A stretch of DNA of 64,000 bases from Escherichia coli (GCF_044324785.1 NZ_CP172127.1); one strand, 5' to 3'. Positions 10,450 through 20,296 are shown, counted from the stretch's first letter. Notes: generated by a model from the sequence alone, not told the origin. Numbers and translations are program-made.

Positions 10450-11148
10450 ATGGAAAATCAACCTAAGTTGAATAGCAGTAAAGAAGTAATCGCGTTTCTG
10501 GCCGAACGTTTTCCCCACTGTTTCAGTGCGGAAGGTGAAGCGCGTCCGCTGAAAATCGGTATTTTTCAGGATTTGGTCGATCGTGTTGCCGGGGAAATGA
10601 ACCTGAGCAAAACGCAATTGCGATCCGCTTTACGTCTCTACACTTCGAGCTGGCGTTACCTTTACGGTGTTAAACCCGGCGCAACGCGTGTCGATCTTGA
10701 CGGCAACCCATGCGGTGAGCTGGACGAGCAACATGTAGAGCATGCTCGCAAGCAGCTTGAAGAAGCGAAAGCGCGTGTTCAGGCACAGCGTGCTGAACAG
10801 CAAGCGAAAAAACGCGAAGCTGCCGCAGCTGCTGGTGAGAAAGAAGACGCACCGCGCCGTGAACGCAAGCCACGTCCGACCACGCCACGCCGCAAAGAAG
10901 GCGCTGAACGTAAACCTCGTGCGCAAAAGCCGGTAGAGAAAGCGCCAAAAACAGTAAAAGCACCTCGCGAAGAACAGCACACCCCGGTTTCTGACATTTC
11001 AGCTCTGACTGTCGGACAAGCCCTGAAGGTGAAAGCGGGTCAAAACGCGATGGATGCCACCGTATTAGAAATCACCAAAGACGGCGTCCGCGTCCAGCTG
11101 AATTCGGGTATGTCTTTGATTGTGCGCGCAGAACACCTGGTGTTCTGA
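10450..11148 (+). CDS. proQ: RNA chaperone ProQ
   Basis: 232-aa [28 protein letters not shown]... with basic Ala/Lys/Arg/Glu-rich linker then C-terminal domain. Confidence 0.9.
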
Positions 11149-11167
11149 AACGGAGGCCGGGCCAGGC

Positions 11168-13216
11168 ATGAACATGTTTTTTAGGCTTACCGCGTTAGCT
11201 GGCCTGCTTGCAATAGCAGGCCAGACCTTCGCTGTAGAAGATATCACGCGTGCTGATCAAATTCCGGTATTAAAGGAAGAGACGCAGCATGCGACGGTGA
11301 GTGAGCGCGTAACGTCGCGCTTCACCCGTTCTCATTATCGCCAGTTCGACCTCGATCAGGCATTTTCGGCCAAAATCTTTGACCGCTACCTGAATCTGCT
11401 CGATTACAGCCACAACGTGCTGCTGGCAAGCGATGTTGAACAGTTCGCGAAAAAGAAAACCGAGTTAGGCGATGAACTGCGTTCAGGAAAACTCGACGTT
11501 TTCTACGATCTCTACAATCTGGCGCAAAAGCGCCGTTTTGAGCGTTACCAGTACGCTTTGTCGGTACTGGAAAAGCCGATGGATTTTACCGGCAACGACA
11601 CTTATAACCTTGACCGCAGCGAAGCGCCATGGCCGAAAAACGAGGCTGAGTTGAACGCGCTGTGGGACAGTAAAGTCAAATTCGACGAGTTAAGCCTGAA
11701 GCTGACAGGAAAAACGGATAAAGAAATTCGTGAAACCCTGACTCGCCGCTACAAATTTGCCATTCGTCGTCTGGCGCAAACCAACAGCGAAGATGTTTTC
11801 TCGCTGGCAATGACGGCGTTTGCACGTGAAATCGACCCGCATACCAACTATCTTTCCCCGCGTAATACCGAACAGTTCAACACTGAAATGAGTTTGTCGC
11901 TGGAAGGTATTGGCGCAGTGCTGCAAATGGATGATGACTACACCGTTATCAATTCGATGGTGGCAGGTGGCCCGGCAGCGAAGAGTAAAGCTATCAGCGT
12001 TGGTGACAAAATTGTCGGTGTTGGTCAAACAGGCAAGCCGATGGTTGACGTGATTGGCTGGCGTCTTGATGATGTGGTTGCCTTAATTAAAGGGCCGAAG
12101 GGCAGTAAAGTTCGTCTGGAAATTTTACCTGCTGGTAAAGGGACCAAGACCCGTACTGTAACGTTGACCCGTGAACGTATTCGCCTCGAAGACCGTGCGG
12201 TTAAAATGTCGGTGAAGACCGTCGGTAAAGAGAAAGTCGGCGTTCTGGATATTCCAGGTTTCTATGTGGGTTTGACAGACGATGTCAAAGTGCAGTTGCA
12301 GAAACTGGAAAAACAGAATGTCAGCAGTGTCATCATCGACCTGCGTAGCAATGGCGGTGGGGCGTTGACTGAAGCGGTATCGCTCTCCGGTCTGTTCATT
12401 CCATCCGGTCCGATTGTTCAGGTCCGTGATAACAACGGTAAAGTTCGTGAAGACAGCGATACCGATGGGCAGGTTTTCTATAAAGGCCCGCTGGTGGTGC
12501 TGGTTGACCGCTTCAGTGCTTCGGCTTCAGAAATCTTTGCCGCGGCAATGCAGGATTACGGTCGTGCGCTGGTTGTGGGTGAACCGACGTTTGGTAAAGG
12601 CACCGTTCAGCAATACCGTTCATTGAACCGTATTTACGATCAGATGTTACGTCCTGAATGGCCAGCACTGGGTTCTGTGCAGTACACGATCCAGAAATTC
12701 TATCGCGTTAACGGCGGCAGTACGCAACGTAAAGGCGTAACGCCAGACATCATCATGCCGACGGGTAATGAAGAAACGGAAACGGGTGAGAAATTCGAAG
12801 ATAACGCGCTGCCGTGGGATAGCATCGATGCCGCGACCTATGTGAAATCGGGAGATTTGACGGCCTTTGGACCGGAGCTGCTGAAGGAACATAATGCGCG
12901 TATCGCGAAAGATCCAGAGTTCCAGAACATCATGAAGGATATCGCGCGCTTCAACGCTATGAAGGACAAGCGCAATATCGTTTCTCTGAATTACGCTGTG
13001 CGTGAGAAAGAGAATAATGAAGATGATGCGACGCGTCTGGCGCGTTTGAACGAACGCTTTAAGCGCGAAGGTAAACCGGAGTTGAAGAAACTGGATGATC
13101 TACCGAAAGATTACCAGGAGCCGGATCCTTATCTGGATGAGACGGTGAATATCGCACTCGATCTGGCAAAGCTTGAAAAAGCCAGACCCGCGGAACAACC
13201 CGCTCCCGTCAAGTAA
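11168..13216 (+). CDS. prc: Tail-specific protease Prc (Tsp)
   Basis: Track ORF 11120..13216 trimmed to MNMFFRLTALAGLLAIAGQTFA (signal peptide), 682 aa; 19 nt after the proQ stop. Confidence 0.9.
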   Translation: MNMFFRLTALAGLLAIAGQTFAVEDITRADQIPVLKEETQHATVSERVTSRFTRSHYRQFDLDQAFSAKIFDRYLNLLDYSHNVLLASDVEQFAKKKTELGDELRSGKLDVFYDLYNLAQKRRFERYQYALSVLEKPMDFTGNDTYNLDRSEAPWPKNEAELNALWDSKVKFDELSLKLTGKTDKEIRETLTRRYKFAIRRLAQTNSEDVFSLAMTAFAREIDPHTNYLSPRNTEQFNTEMSLSLEGIGAVLQMDDDYTVINSMVAGGPAAKSKAISVGDKIVGVGQTGKPMVDVIGWRLDDVVALIKGPKGSKVRLEILPAGKGTKTRTVTLTRERIRLEDRAVKMSVKTVGKEKVGVLDIPGFYVGLTDDVKVQLQKLEKQNVSSVIIDLRSNGGGALTEAVSLSGLFIPSGPIVQVRDNNGKVREDSDTDGQVFYKGPLVVLVDRFSASASEIFAAAMQDYGRALVVGEPTFGKGTVQQYRSLNRIYDQMLRPEWPALGSVQYTIQKFYRVNGGSTQRKGVTPDIIMPTGNEETETGEKFEDNALPWDSIDAATYVKSGDLTAFGPELLKEHNARIAKDPEFQNIMKDIARFNAMKDKRNIVSLNYAVREKENNEDDATRLARLNERFKREGKPELKKLDDLPKDYQEPDPYLDETVNIALDLAKLEKARPAEQPAPVK

Positions 13217-13221
13217 TATCA

Positions 13222-13252
13222 ATCAGGCACAAGAAATTGTGCCTGATTTTTT
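13222..13252 (+). terminator. Intrinsic terminator after prc
   Basis: atcaggcacaa-gaaa-ttgtgcctgat hairpin followed by TTTTTT. Confidence 0.8.
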
Positions 13253-13407
13253 AACAGCGGCAAGATGCTGTAAATCAGATGCTACAAAATGTAAAGTTGT
13301 GTCTTTCTGGTGACTTACGCACTATCCAGACTTGAAAATAGTCGCGTAACCCATACGATGTGGGTATCGCATATTGCGTTTTGTTAAACTGAGGTAAAAA
13401 GAAAATT

Positions 13408-14289
13408 ATGATGCGAATCGCGCTCTTCCTGCTAACGAACCTGGCCGTAATGGTCGTTTTCGGGCTGGTACTGAGCCTGACAGGGATACAGTCGAGCAGC
13501 GTTCAGGGGCTGATGATCATGGCCTTGCTGTTCGGTTTTGGTGGTTCCTTCGTTTCGCTTCTGATGTCCAAATGGATGGCATTACGATCTGTTGGCGGGG
13601 AAGTGATCGAGCAACCGCGTAACGAAAGGGAACGTTGGCTGGTCAATACTGTAGCAACCCAGGCTCGTCAGGCGGGGATCGCTATGCCGCAAGTGGCTAT
13701 CTACCATGCGCCGGACATCAACGCTTTTGCAACCGGTGCGCGCCGTGATGCCTCTCTGGTTGCTGTCAGCACCGGTTTGCTGCAGAACATGAGCCCGGAT
13801 GAAGCCGAGGCGGTAATTGCTCATGAAATCAGCCACATCGCCAATGGTGATATGGTCACCATGACGCTGATTCAGGGCGTGGTGAACACCTTCGTTATCT
13901 TTATTTCCCGTATTCTGGCGCAGCTTGCCGCGGGTTTTATGGGCGGAAATCGTGATGAAGGTGAAGAGAGCAACGGCAACCCGCTGATCTACTTTGCGGT
14001 TGCAACGGTTCTGGAACTGGTGTTTGGTATTCTGGCGAGCATTATCACCATGTGGTTCTCGCGTCATCGTGAATTCCACGCTGATGCGGGTTCAGCAAAA
14101 CTGGTTGGTCGCGAGAAAATGATTGCTGCATTGCAGCGCCTGAAAACCAGCTATGAACCGCAAGAAGCAACCAGCATGATGGCTTTCTGCATTAACGGTA
14201 AGTCGAAATCGCTCAGTGAGTTGTTCATGACTCACCCGCCGCTGGATAAACGTATTGAAGCTCTGCGTACGGGTGAATACCTGAAGTAA
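13408..14289 (+). CDS. htpX: Membrane zinc metalloprotease HtpX
   Basis: 293-aa ORF with HEISH zinc-binding motif ([11 protein letters not shown]) and transmembrane segments. Confidence 0.9.
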
Positions 14290-14308
14290 TATGAAGTAAA
14301 TACTAAAA

Positions 14309-14337
14309 AGCGCGTCCTGATCGACGCGCTTTTTTTA
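14309..14337. terminator. Intrinsic terminator after htpX, overlapping the yebQ stop codon
   Basis: agcgcgtc-ctgatc-gacgcgct hairpin with A-run before and T-run after; the T-run contains the minus-strand yebQ stop codon. Confidence 0.75.
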
Positions 14338-15708
14338 TGCCCTGGCTCGTGGCTGAGTGATACGTAAACCACTGACACAGGCAGCAATCACTGCCAGAAT
14401 AGCCGCAGCCATCAGCGAGACGTGCGTACCATTATCACCAAACTGATTTAGCATTAGCGCCACCAGCGCCGCGCCGCTACTCTGACCCAGTAGACGAGCC
14501 GTCCCTAACATGCCACTGGCTCCACCGCTACGTTCACGAGGAGCAGAGGTAATAATGGTGTGGTTATTGGGTGACTGGAATAAGCCAAATCCAGCACCAC
14601 ATAAGATCATCGGCCAGATAATATTGATATCCGCAGGTGACGCGGGTAGTAGAACCAGGGAAAAAAGCCCCGCAGCCATGATTAACAATCCTAAAGCACC
14701 CAGCAATCCTGCATGTACGCGTTCAATCAAATAGCCTGCCAGCGGAGCCATCACCATTGTTGCTAACGGCCACGGTGTCAGAAGTAAACCTGTTTCGACT
14801 TCACTACGCCCGAGCACGGTTTGCAGGTAAAAGGGCAGGGAAACCATTGCCAGCATTTGTGCGCAGAAAGAGCAAACAGATGTGCAAATAGAAAGTGTAA
14901 ACAGCGGGATACGCAGTAAATCCACCGGTAGCAGCGGTACGGGAAGAGAAAGCTGGCGGCGAATAAAGAAAATACCAACGACAACCATTACCACCAGTTC
15001 CGCACCAATCAATGTCAGCGATTGCCCCTGAGCGAAACCACTCAACGCAGTGATAAGCAGGCCGAAGGTTAACGCGTTCATCACGGCGCTGGGCAGGTCG
15101 AAACGGGGTTTACTGGCGCGAGAACCATTGGGTGGCAGAAAACGCATTGCCAGAAGCAGGGCGATAATTCCCAACGGTACGTTGATTAAAAATAACCATT
15201 TCCAGGATGCGATGGAGAGGATTGCTGCAGCAATTGTCGGCCCGGCAGCAGAAGAGACGGCAACAATAAACGAGTTTATGCCCATCCCTCTACCCAGAAA
15301 ACGTTGTGGATAGATCAGGCGGATAAGTGCGGTATTAACGCTCATCAAAGCTGCACCGCCGAAACCTTGTATGACACGCGCAAGGGTGAGCATTTGCAGC
15401 GAATCAGAAAGGGCGCAGAACAGTGAAGACAACAGAAAAACGACCAGACCGCATTTATAAACACGTCGATAGCCAAACATATCCCCCAGAAACGAAAACG
15501 AGAGCAGGGAGATGACAATGGCGATTTGATAGGCGTTCACTACCCAGATGGAACTGGCCGGTGTGGCATGAAGGTCTGTGGCGATTGTTGGCAAGGCGAC
15601 GTTGGCGATTGCACCGTCAAGCACAGCCATCGAAATACCAATCACAATGGTTAATATCGCACCGTATCGCTGGGGCAACGGCAGGCCGTCGGCCTGAACT
15701 TTTGGCAT
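14335..15708 (-). CDS. yebQ: MFS-family efflux transporter YebQ
   Basis: Track ORF 14335..15819 trimmed to MPKVQADGLPLPQRYGAILTIV... (457 aa); 14-TMS-like hydrophobic profile. Confidence 0.85.
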   Translation of the reverse strand: MPKVQADGLPLPQRYGAILTIVIGISMAVLDGAIANVALPTIATDLHATPASSIWVVNAYQIAIVISLLSFSFLGDMFGYRRVYKCGLVVFLLSSLFCALSDSLQMLTLARVIQGFGGAALMSVNTALIRLIYPQRFLGRGMGINSFIVAVSSAAGPTIAAAILSIASWKWLFLINVPLGIIALLLAMRFLPPNGSRASKPRFDLPSAVMNALTFGLLITALSGFAQGQSLTLIGAELVVMVVVGIFFIRRQLSLPVPLLPVDLLRIPLFTLSICTSVCSFCAQMLAMVSLPFYLQTVLGRSEVETGLLLTPWPLATMVMAPLAGYLIERVHAGLLGALGLLIMAAGLFSLVLLPASPADINIIWPMILCGAGFGLFQSPNNHTIITSAPRERSGGASGMLGTARLLGQSSGAALVALMLNQFGDNGTHVSLMAAAILAVIAACVSGLRITQPRARA

Positions 15709-15884
15709 AGGAATTTTATATCTTTGGTGAATAATCAACAGGGGTAAGATTCTAGCACTGATATTCACGGTGGATGTCGCAGAATTGTAACTAACCGGCA
15801 AAAGATGGATTGCGACCACCCAGGTGCGAAATTATAATAAAAAACAGTTCTGATTTTTATAAAACACTCGCAATGAGGTGATAA

Positions 15885-16676
15885 ATGGCTAACGCAGATC
15901 TGGATAAACAGCCTGATTCTGTATCTTCCGTGCTAAAAGTTTTTGGCATTTTGCAGGCGCTGGGTGAAGAGCGCGAAATAGGGATAACCGAGCTGTCGCA
16001 ACGCGTCATGATGTCAAAAAGCACCGTTTATCGCTTTTTACAGACCATGAAAACCCTGGGTTATGTGGCGCAGGAAGGGGAGTCGGAGAAATATTCCCTG
16101 ACCCTGAAATTGTTTGAACTGGGCGCTCGCGCGTTACAAAACGTCGATTTAATTCGTAGCGCAGATATCCAGATGCGTGAGATCTCCCGCCTGACGAAAG
16201 AAACTATCCACCTCGGCGCACTGGACGAAGACAGTATTGTTTACATTCACAAAATTGACTCTATGTACAATTTGCGCATGTATTCACGGATTGGGCGTCG
16301 TAATCCGCTGTACAGCACCGCGATTGGTAAGGTACTGCTGGCATGGCGCGATCGCGATGAAGTGAAGCAAATTCTTGAGGGCGTGGAGTATAAACGCAGT
16401 ACCGAGCGGACCATCACCAGTACAGAAGCGTTATTACCCGTTCTGGACCAGGTGCGCGAGCAGGGGTATGGCGAAGATAACGAAGAGCAGGAAGAAGGGC
16501 TGCGATGCATTGCGGTACCGGTATTTGATCGCTTTGGCGTGGTCATTGCCGGTTTGAGCATCTCCTTCCCGACGTTGCGTTTCTCTGAAGAGCGTTTAAA
16601 GGAATATGTCGCAATGTTGCATACCGCAGCGCGCAAAATTTCTGCCCAAATGGGTTATCACGACTATCCATTCTGA
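15885..16676 (+). CDS. kdgR: IclR-family transcriptional regulator KdgR
   Basis: 263-aa ORF with N-terminal helix-turn-helix and IclR effector domain; recognised as KdgR. Confidence 0.9.
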   Translation: MANADLDKQPDSVSSVLKVFGILQALGEEREIGITELSQRVMMSKSTVYRFLQTMKTLGYVAQEGESEKYSLTLKLFELGARALQNVDLIRSADIQMREISRLTKETIHLGALDEDSIVYIHKIDSMYNLRMYSRIGRRNPLYSTAIGKVLLAWRDRDEVKQILEGVEYKRSTERTITSTEALLPVLDQVREQGYGEDNEEQEEGLRCIAVPVFDRFGVVIAGLSISFPTLRFSEERLKEYVAMLHTAARKISAQMGYHDYPF

Positions 16677-16683
16677 TGAGAGT

Positions 16684-16724
16684 AAGAACCTGTCTGAATA
16701 TCAAACAGACAGGTTCTTTATTTA
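16684..16724 (+). terminator. Intrinsic terminator after kdgR
   Basis: aagaacctgtctg-aatatcaaa-cagacaggttctt perfect 13-bp stem followed by TTTATTT. Confidence 0.8.
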
Positions 16725-16819
16725 GCATGAGAAAAATAAAGTTGAAGGTGGCGTTATATTAAACGCACTTCCGATAAGAATATTTTACTCATGAGTGAGA
16801 ATCTGGTTATTTATTACCC

Positions 16820-17059
16820 TTAACCATTATCGACCACAATATTGCTTTTACGTAACAACGGGCAATCTGTTATCCCCAGAAAACCACTTTTAGTGTGCAG
16901 GTATTGTACCGTGCTGGTGCCTCTGGCGGTCAGATAGGTACATTGCAAACCTAATCCCGCGGCATTCTCTTTGCTTCCAATCAAAACGCCATATCCGCTG
17001 AGTAATAATCCTATCCATACCAGTGCTATCAGCATAACTGTGCGAATGATGAATCGCAT
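16820..17059 (-). CDS. yobH: Small membrane protein YobH
   Basis: 79-aa ORF MRFIIRTVMLIALVWIGLLLSGYGVLIGSKENAAGLGLQCTYLTARGTSTVQYLHTKSGF... Confidence 0.8.
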   Translation of the reverse strand: MRFIIRTVMLIALVWIGLLLSGYGVLIGSKENAAGLGLQCTYLTARGTSTVQYLHTKSGFLGITDCPLLRKSNIVVDNG

Positions 17060-17161
17060 TACAACCTCTTCTCTTTTTATGTTCGCTTAATCGTAGCGGC
17101 AATATGCGCTGAAGCAAGCGACTCATTCTGAAAAAGCACGAATATCGACATAGTTAGGCGC

Positions 17162-17187
17162 TGTTTAACTAACGCATGCTAGTTTAA
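17162..17187 (+). promoter_or_regulatory. Candidate PhoP-box-like direct repeat upstream of mgrB
   Basis: TGTTTAA ... AGTTTAA direct repeat about 30-55 nt upstream of the mgrB start; mgrB is a known PhoPQ target, but the half-site spacing here does not match the 5-nt-spacer consensus, so this is tentative. Confidence 0.3.
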
Positions 17188-17217
17188 TGACATAAGGTAG
17201 GTGAAACGGAGATTGGA

Positions 17218-17361
17218 GTGAAAAAGTTTCGATGGGTCGTTCTGGTTGTCGTGGTGTTGGCTTGCTTGCTGCTTTGGGCGCAGGTATTCAACATGATGTG
17301 CGATCAGGATGTACAATTTTTCAGCGGAATTTGTGCCATTAACCAGTTTATCCCGTGGTGA
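17218..17361 (+). CDS. mgrB: PhoQ-inhibiting small membrane protein MgrB (47 aa, GTG start)
   Basis: Hand translation from GTG: (M)[46 protein letters not shown]; ACGGAG Shine-Dalgarno 7 nt upstream; missed by the track (below 60 aa, non-ATG). Confidence 0.85.
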
Positions 17362-17435
17362 TATCATTTTTTCAGCACTAGATTTTCTTCCTCTCCAGCA
17401 GTGGTAGAATAGCGCCTCTACTCAGAGGTGGTGAA

Positions 17436-17723
17436 ATGAACGAAGTTGTAAATTCAGGCGTGATGAACATTGCGTCTTTGGTTGTATCGGTGGTGGTTCT
17501 TCTTATCGGGCTCATCTTGTGGTTTTTTATCAATCGTGCCAGTTCACGGACTAACGAACAGATTGAACTGCTTGAGGCGTTGCTGGATCAGCAAAAACGT
17601 CAAAATGCACTGTTACGTCGTTTGTGCGAAGCAAACGAACCAGAGAAAGCAGATAAAAAGACCGTTGAGAGTCAAAAATCGGTTGAAGACGAAGATATTA
17701 TTCGTCTGGTCGCCGAACGATAA
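17436..17723 (+). CDS. yebO: Small membrane protein YebO
   Basis: 95-aa ORF MNEVVNSGVMNIASLVVSVVVLLIGLILWFFINRASSRTNEQIELLEALLDQQKRQNALLRRL... Confidence 0.8.
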   Translation: MNEVVNSGVMNIASLVVSVVVLLIGLILWFFINRASSRTNEQIELLEALLDQQKRQNALLRRLCEANEPEKADKKTVESQKSVEDEDIIRLVAER

Positions 17724-18392
17724 TCCTTCCTCAATCTTGAGTAACCCCGTCGTTGAAGGGTTACTCAATTCATCCTGATTATACGCACTGCCATGGTGCA
17801 ACTGCTTCAAATTAAAACTCTGGTCTGACTTCAAATAATTATCATATTATTTATTTGCGTAACGGGATATCAGAAAAAGATATTTAGCCCATTAATTTAT
17901 TAGGATGTTTACATCGGATTTGTGATTAAGTGTGGTATTATTTATTAGCGAAACGTTTCTCTCTTGATTTTTTTGCGCATTCATCAATTTTTCTTATTTT
18001 AAATTTACAATACCTTTGGCGATTGACTTCTCTTTGGGGTGATTGATAGCCGTTAACTGACTGTTTTATGAGAAAAAGTGATATAACTTTTTATTCATTG
18101 CATAGCAGAAAATGTGATATTGCACGCACTATGTAATAACTTCTCCCATTGGCCTGGAACAACTGAACTTATTGAACTATGTTAGAAAATACGTCAGTTT
18201 AAGTATCTGCCTGAACTGGCAAGGTTAAGCACAATGATATATCGGCGCGTATTCCGTTGCATAAGTGTGCAAAAAAAGTGGAAGACGTATCGAGATTTGT
18301 GCGTCTGATCGAGACATGTTTAAAAATGGCTTGCCATAATTAACGTTGTATGTGATAACAGATTTCGGGTTAAACGAGGTACAGTTCTGTTT

Positions 18393-18536
18393 ATGTGTGG
18401 CATTTTCAGTAAAGAAGTCCTGAGTAAACACGTTGACGTTGAATACCGCTTCTCTGCCGAGCCTTATATTGGTGCCTCATGCAGTAATGTGTCAGTTTTA
18501 TCTATGTTATGCCTGCGGGCGAAGAAAACAATCTAA
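18393..18536 (+). CDS. yobF: Small protein YobF (47 aa), co-transcribed with cspC
   Basis: Hand translation [47 protein letters not shown]; stop 12 nt before the cspC start. Confidence 0.8.
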
Positions 18537-18548
18537 GGAATTTTTCAA

Positions 18549-18758
18549 ATGGCAAAGATTAAAGGTCAGGTTAAGTGGTTCAACGAGTCTAAAGGTTTTG
18601 GCTTCATTACTCCGGCTGATGGCAGCAAAGACGTGTTCGTACACTTCTCTGCTATCCAGGGTAATGGTTTCAAAACTCTGGCTGAAGGTCAGAACGTTGA
18701 GTTCGAAATTCAGGACGGTCAGAAAGGTCCGGCAGCTGTTAACGTAACAGCTATCTGA
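18549..18758 (+). CDS. cspC: Cold-shock-family protein CspC
   Basis: 69-aa [72 protein letters not shown] with RNP1/RNP2 motifs. Confidence 0.95.
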
Positions 18759-18803
18759 TCGAATCCACTGATCTGAAGTGTGAATACGCTTCAATCTCGC
18801 TAT

Positions 18804-18830
18804 AAAGCCTCGTCGAATGCGAGGCTTTTT
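18804..18830 (+). terminator. Intrinsic terminator after cspC
   Basis: aaagcctcg-tcgaatg-cgaggctttttt hairpin plus T-run. Confidence 0.8.
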
Positions 18831-18923
18831 ACTTTGCTTTCTCTTCGCTCCAGTCGTTCGGATATTTGCCCGCCGCGTGATTCGCGTTACACTTGCGGCC
18901 TTTAGTATCCTGCCGGAGTTGTC

Positions 18924-19733
18924 ATGTCGTTTTCCTGTCCACTTTGCCATCAGCCTCTTTCGCGTGAAAAAAACAGCTATATCTGTCCCCAGCGACATCA
19001 GTTTGATATGGCGAAAGAAGGGTATGTCAATCTGCTGCCCGTTCAGCATAAACGGTCTCGTGATCCGGGCGACAGCGCGGAAATGATGCAAGCACGCCGC
19101 GCATTCTTAGATGCCGGACATTATCAGCCGCTGCGTGATGCAATTGTCGCTCAACTGCGGGAACGGCTTGATGAAAAGGCCACAGCGGTGCTGGATATTG
19201 GCTGTGGTGAAGGGTATTACACACACGCATTTGCCGATGCGCTGCCCGAAATCACCACGTTTGGCCTGGATGTCTCGAAGGTAGCGATAAAAGCGGCGGC
19301 GAAACGCTATCCGCAGGTCACTTTTTGTGTTGCTTCCAGCCACCGTTTGCCGTTTTCCGATACCAGTATGGACGCCATAATACGTATTTACGCGCCGTGT
19401 AAAGCAGAAGAATTAGCGCGAGTAGTGAAGCCTGGCGGTTGGGTCATTACTGCCACGCCGGGACCGCGACATTTGATGGAGCTGAAGGGGCTGATTTACA
19501 ATGAAGTACATCTTCATGCACCACATGCAGAACAACTGGAAGGTTTTACATTACAGCAGAGTGGTGAGTTGTGTTATCCGATGCGTCTTCGCGGTGACGA
19601 AGCCGTCGCATTATTGCAGATGACGCCGTTTGCCTGGCGTGCGAAGTCAGAAGTCTGGCAAACACTGGCAGCAAAAGAAGTGTTCGACTGCCAGACGGAC
19701 TTTAATATTCACCTCTGGCAGCGTTCTTATTAA
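18924..19733 (+). CDS. rlmA: 23S rRNA m1G745 methyltransferase RlmA
   Basis: 269-aa ORF with N-terminal Cys4 zinc motif (CPLCHQ...CPQRH) and SAM-binding DIGCGEG motif. Confidence 0.9.
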   Translation: MSFSCPLCHQPLSREKNSYICPQRHQFDMAKEGYVNLLPVQHKRSRDPGDSAEMMQARRAFLDAGHYQPLRDAIVAQLRERLDEKATAVLDIGCGEGYYTHAFADALPEITTFGLDVSKVAIKAAAKRYPQVTFCVASSHRLPFSDTSMDAIIRIYAPCKAEELARVVKPGGWVITATPGPRHLMELKGLIYNEVHLHAPHAEQLEGFTLQQSGELCYPMRLRGDEAVALLQMTPFAWRAKSEVWQTLAAKEVFDCQTDFNIHLWQRSY

Positions 19734-20296
19734 CCGTGGAAGTGCGTCCAGAGGATCTGGACGCCGATGCCGATCAGTACCAGCCCACCGAGAATTTCCG
19801 CTTTTTTCCCAATAATTGAGCCGATAAAGCGACCAACCATCATCCCTAATGTCGACATAATCAAGGTTGCACAACCAATGGCCAATGCGGTCGCGATAAT
19901 GTTGACCTGCAGAAAGGCGAGACCAACACCCACAGCCATGGCATCCAGGCTGGTGGCAATCGCGGTGGTTACCAGTAGCCAGAAACCGTGTCGACGGCGC
20001 GGTTCTTGATCTTCATCATCTGCGCCACGAAAACCCTCAATAATCATTCGCCCGCCGAGGAATATCAGCAGCACAAACGCAATCCAGTGGTTCCATTCAA
20101 GGACAAACCGGCTGGCTAACATGCCCATTCCCCAGCCGATCAGCGGCGTCAGGGTTTCGACGGCACCAAAAATAAGGCCGGTTCGCAACGCTTCAGAAAA
20201 TTTCGGTTTATGGAGGGTGGCACCTTTACCGATTGATGCAGCAAATGCATCCATCGACATACCAAACGCAAGAAGAACAGTAGCAGTGATATTCAT
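19730..20296 (-). CDS. mntP: Manganese efflux pump MntP
   Basis: Track ORF 19730..20350 trimmed to [25 protein letters not shown]... (188 aa); stop codon overlaps the rlmA stop in a TTAA tetranucleotide. Confidence 0.85.
   Translation of the reverse strand: MNITATVLLAFGMSMDAFAASIGKGATLHKPKFSEALRTGLIFGAVETLTPLIGWGMGMLASRFVLEWNHWIAFVLLIFLGGRMIIEGFRGADDEDQEPRRRHGFWLLVTTAIATSLDAMAVGVGLAFLQVNIIATALAIGCATLIMSTLGMMVGRFIGSIIGKKAEILGGLVLIGIGVQILWTHFHG

Noticed and set aside
11120-11167. N-terminal over-extensions of track ORFs (prc here; likewise letB, msrC, yebQ, mntP, pdeD, yoaC, yoaB, fadD, yeaW, dmlR, dgcP, yeaO, dgcJ, yeaE, yeaD, gapA, holE, yebW, yebV)
   Set aside because: The track takes the most upstream ATG; in each case an internal start gives the recognised N-terminus and the expected protein length, and the extension would overlap the upstream gene or its terminator.
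13268-13300. Possible CpxR site upstream of htpX (two GTAAA pentamers)
   Set aside because: The pentamers are 16 nt apart rather than the 5-nt spacing of the CpxR consensus, so I cannot support it as an operator from sequence alone.
17179-17367. 62-aa minus-strand ORF
   Set aside because: Antisense to mgrB, which is read confidently on the plus strand from a GTG start.
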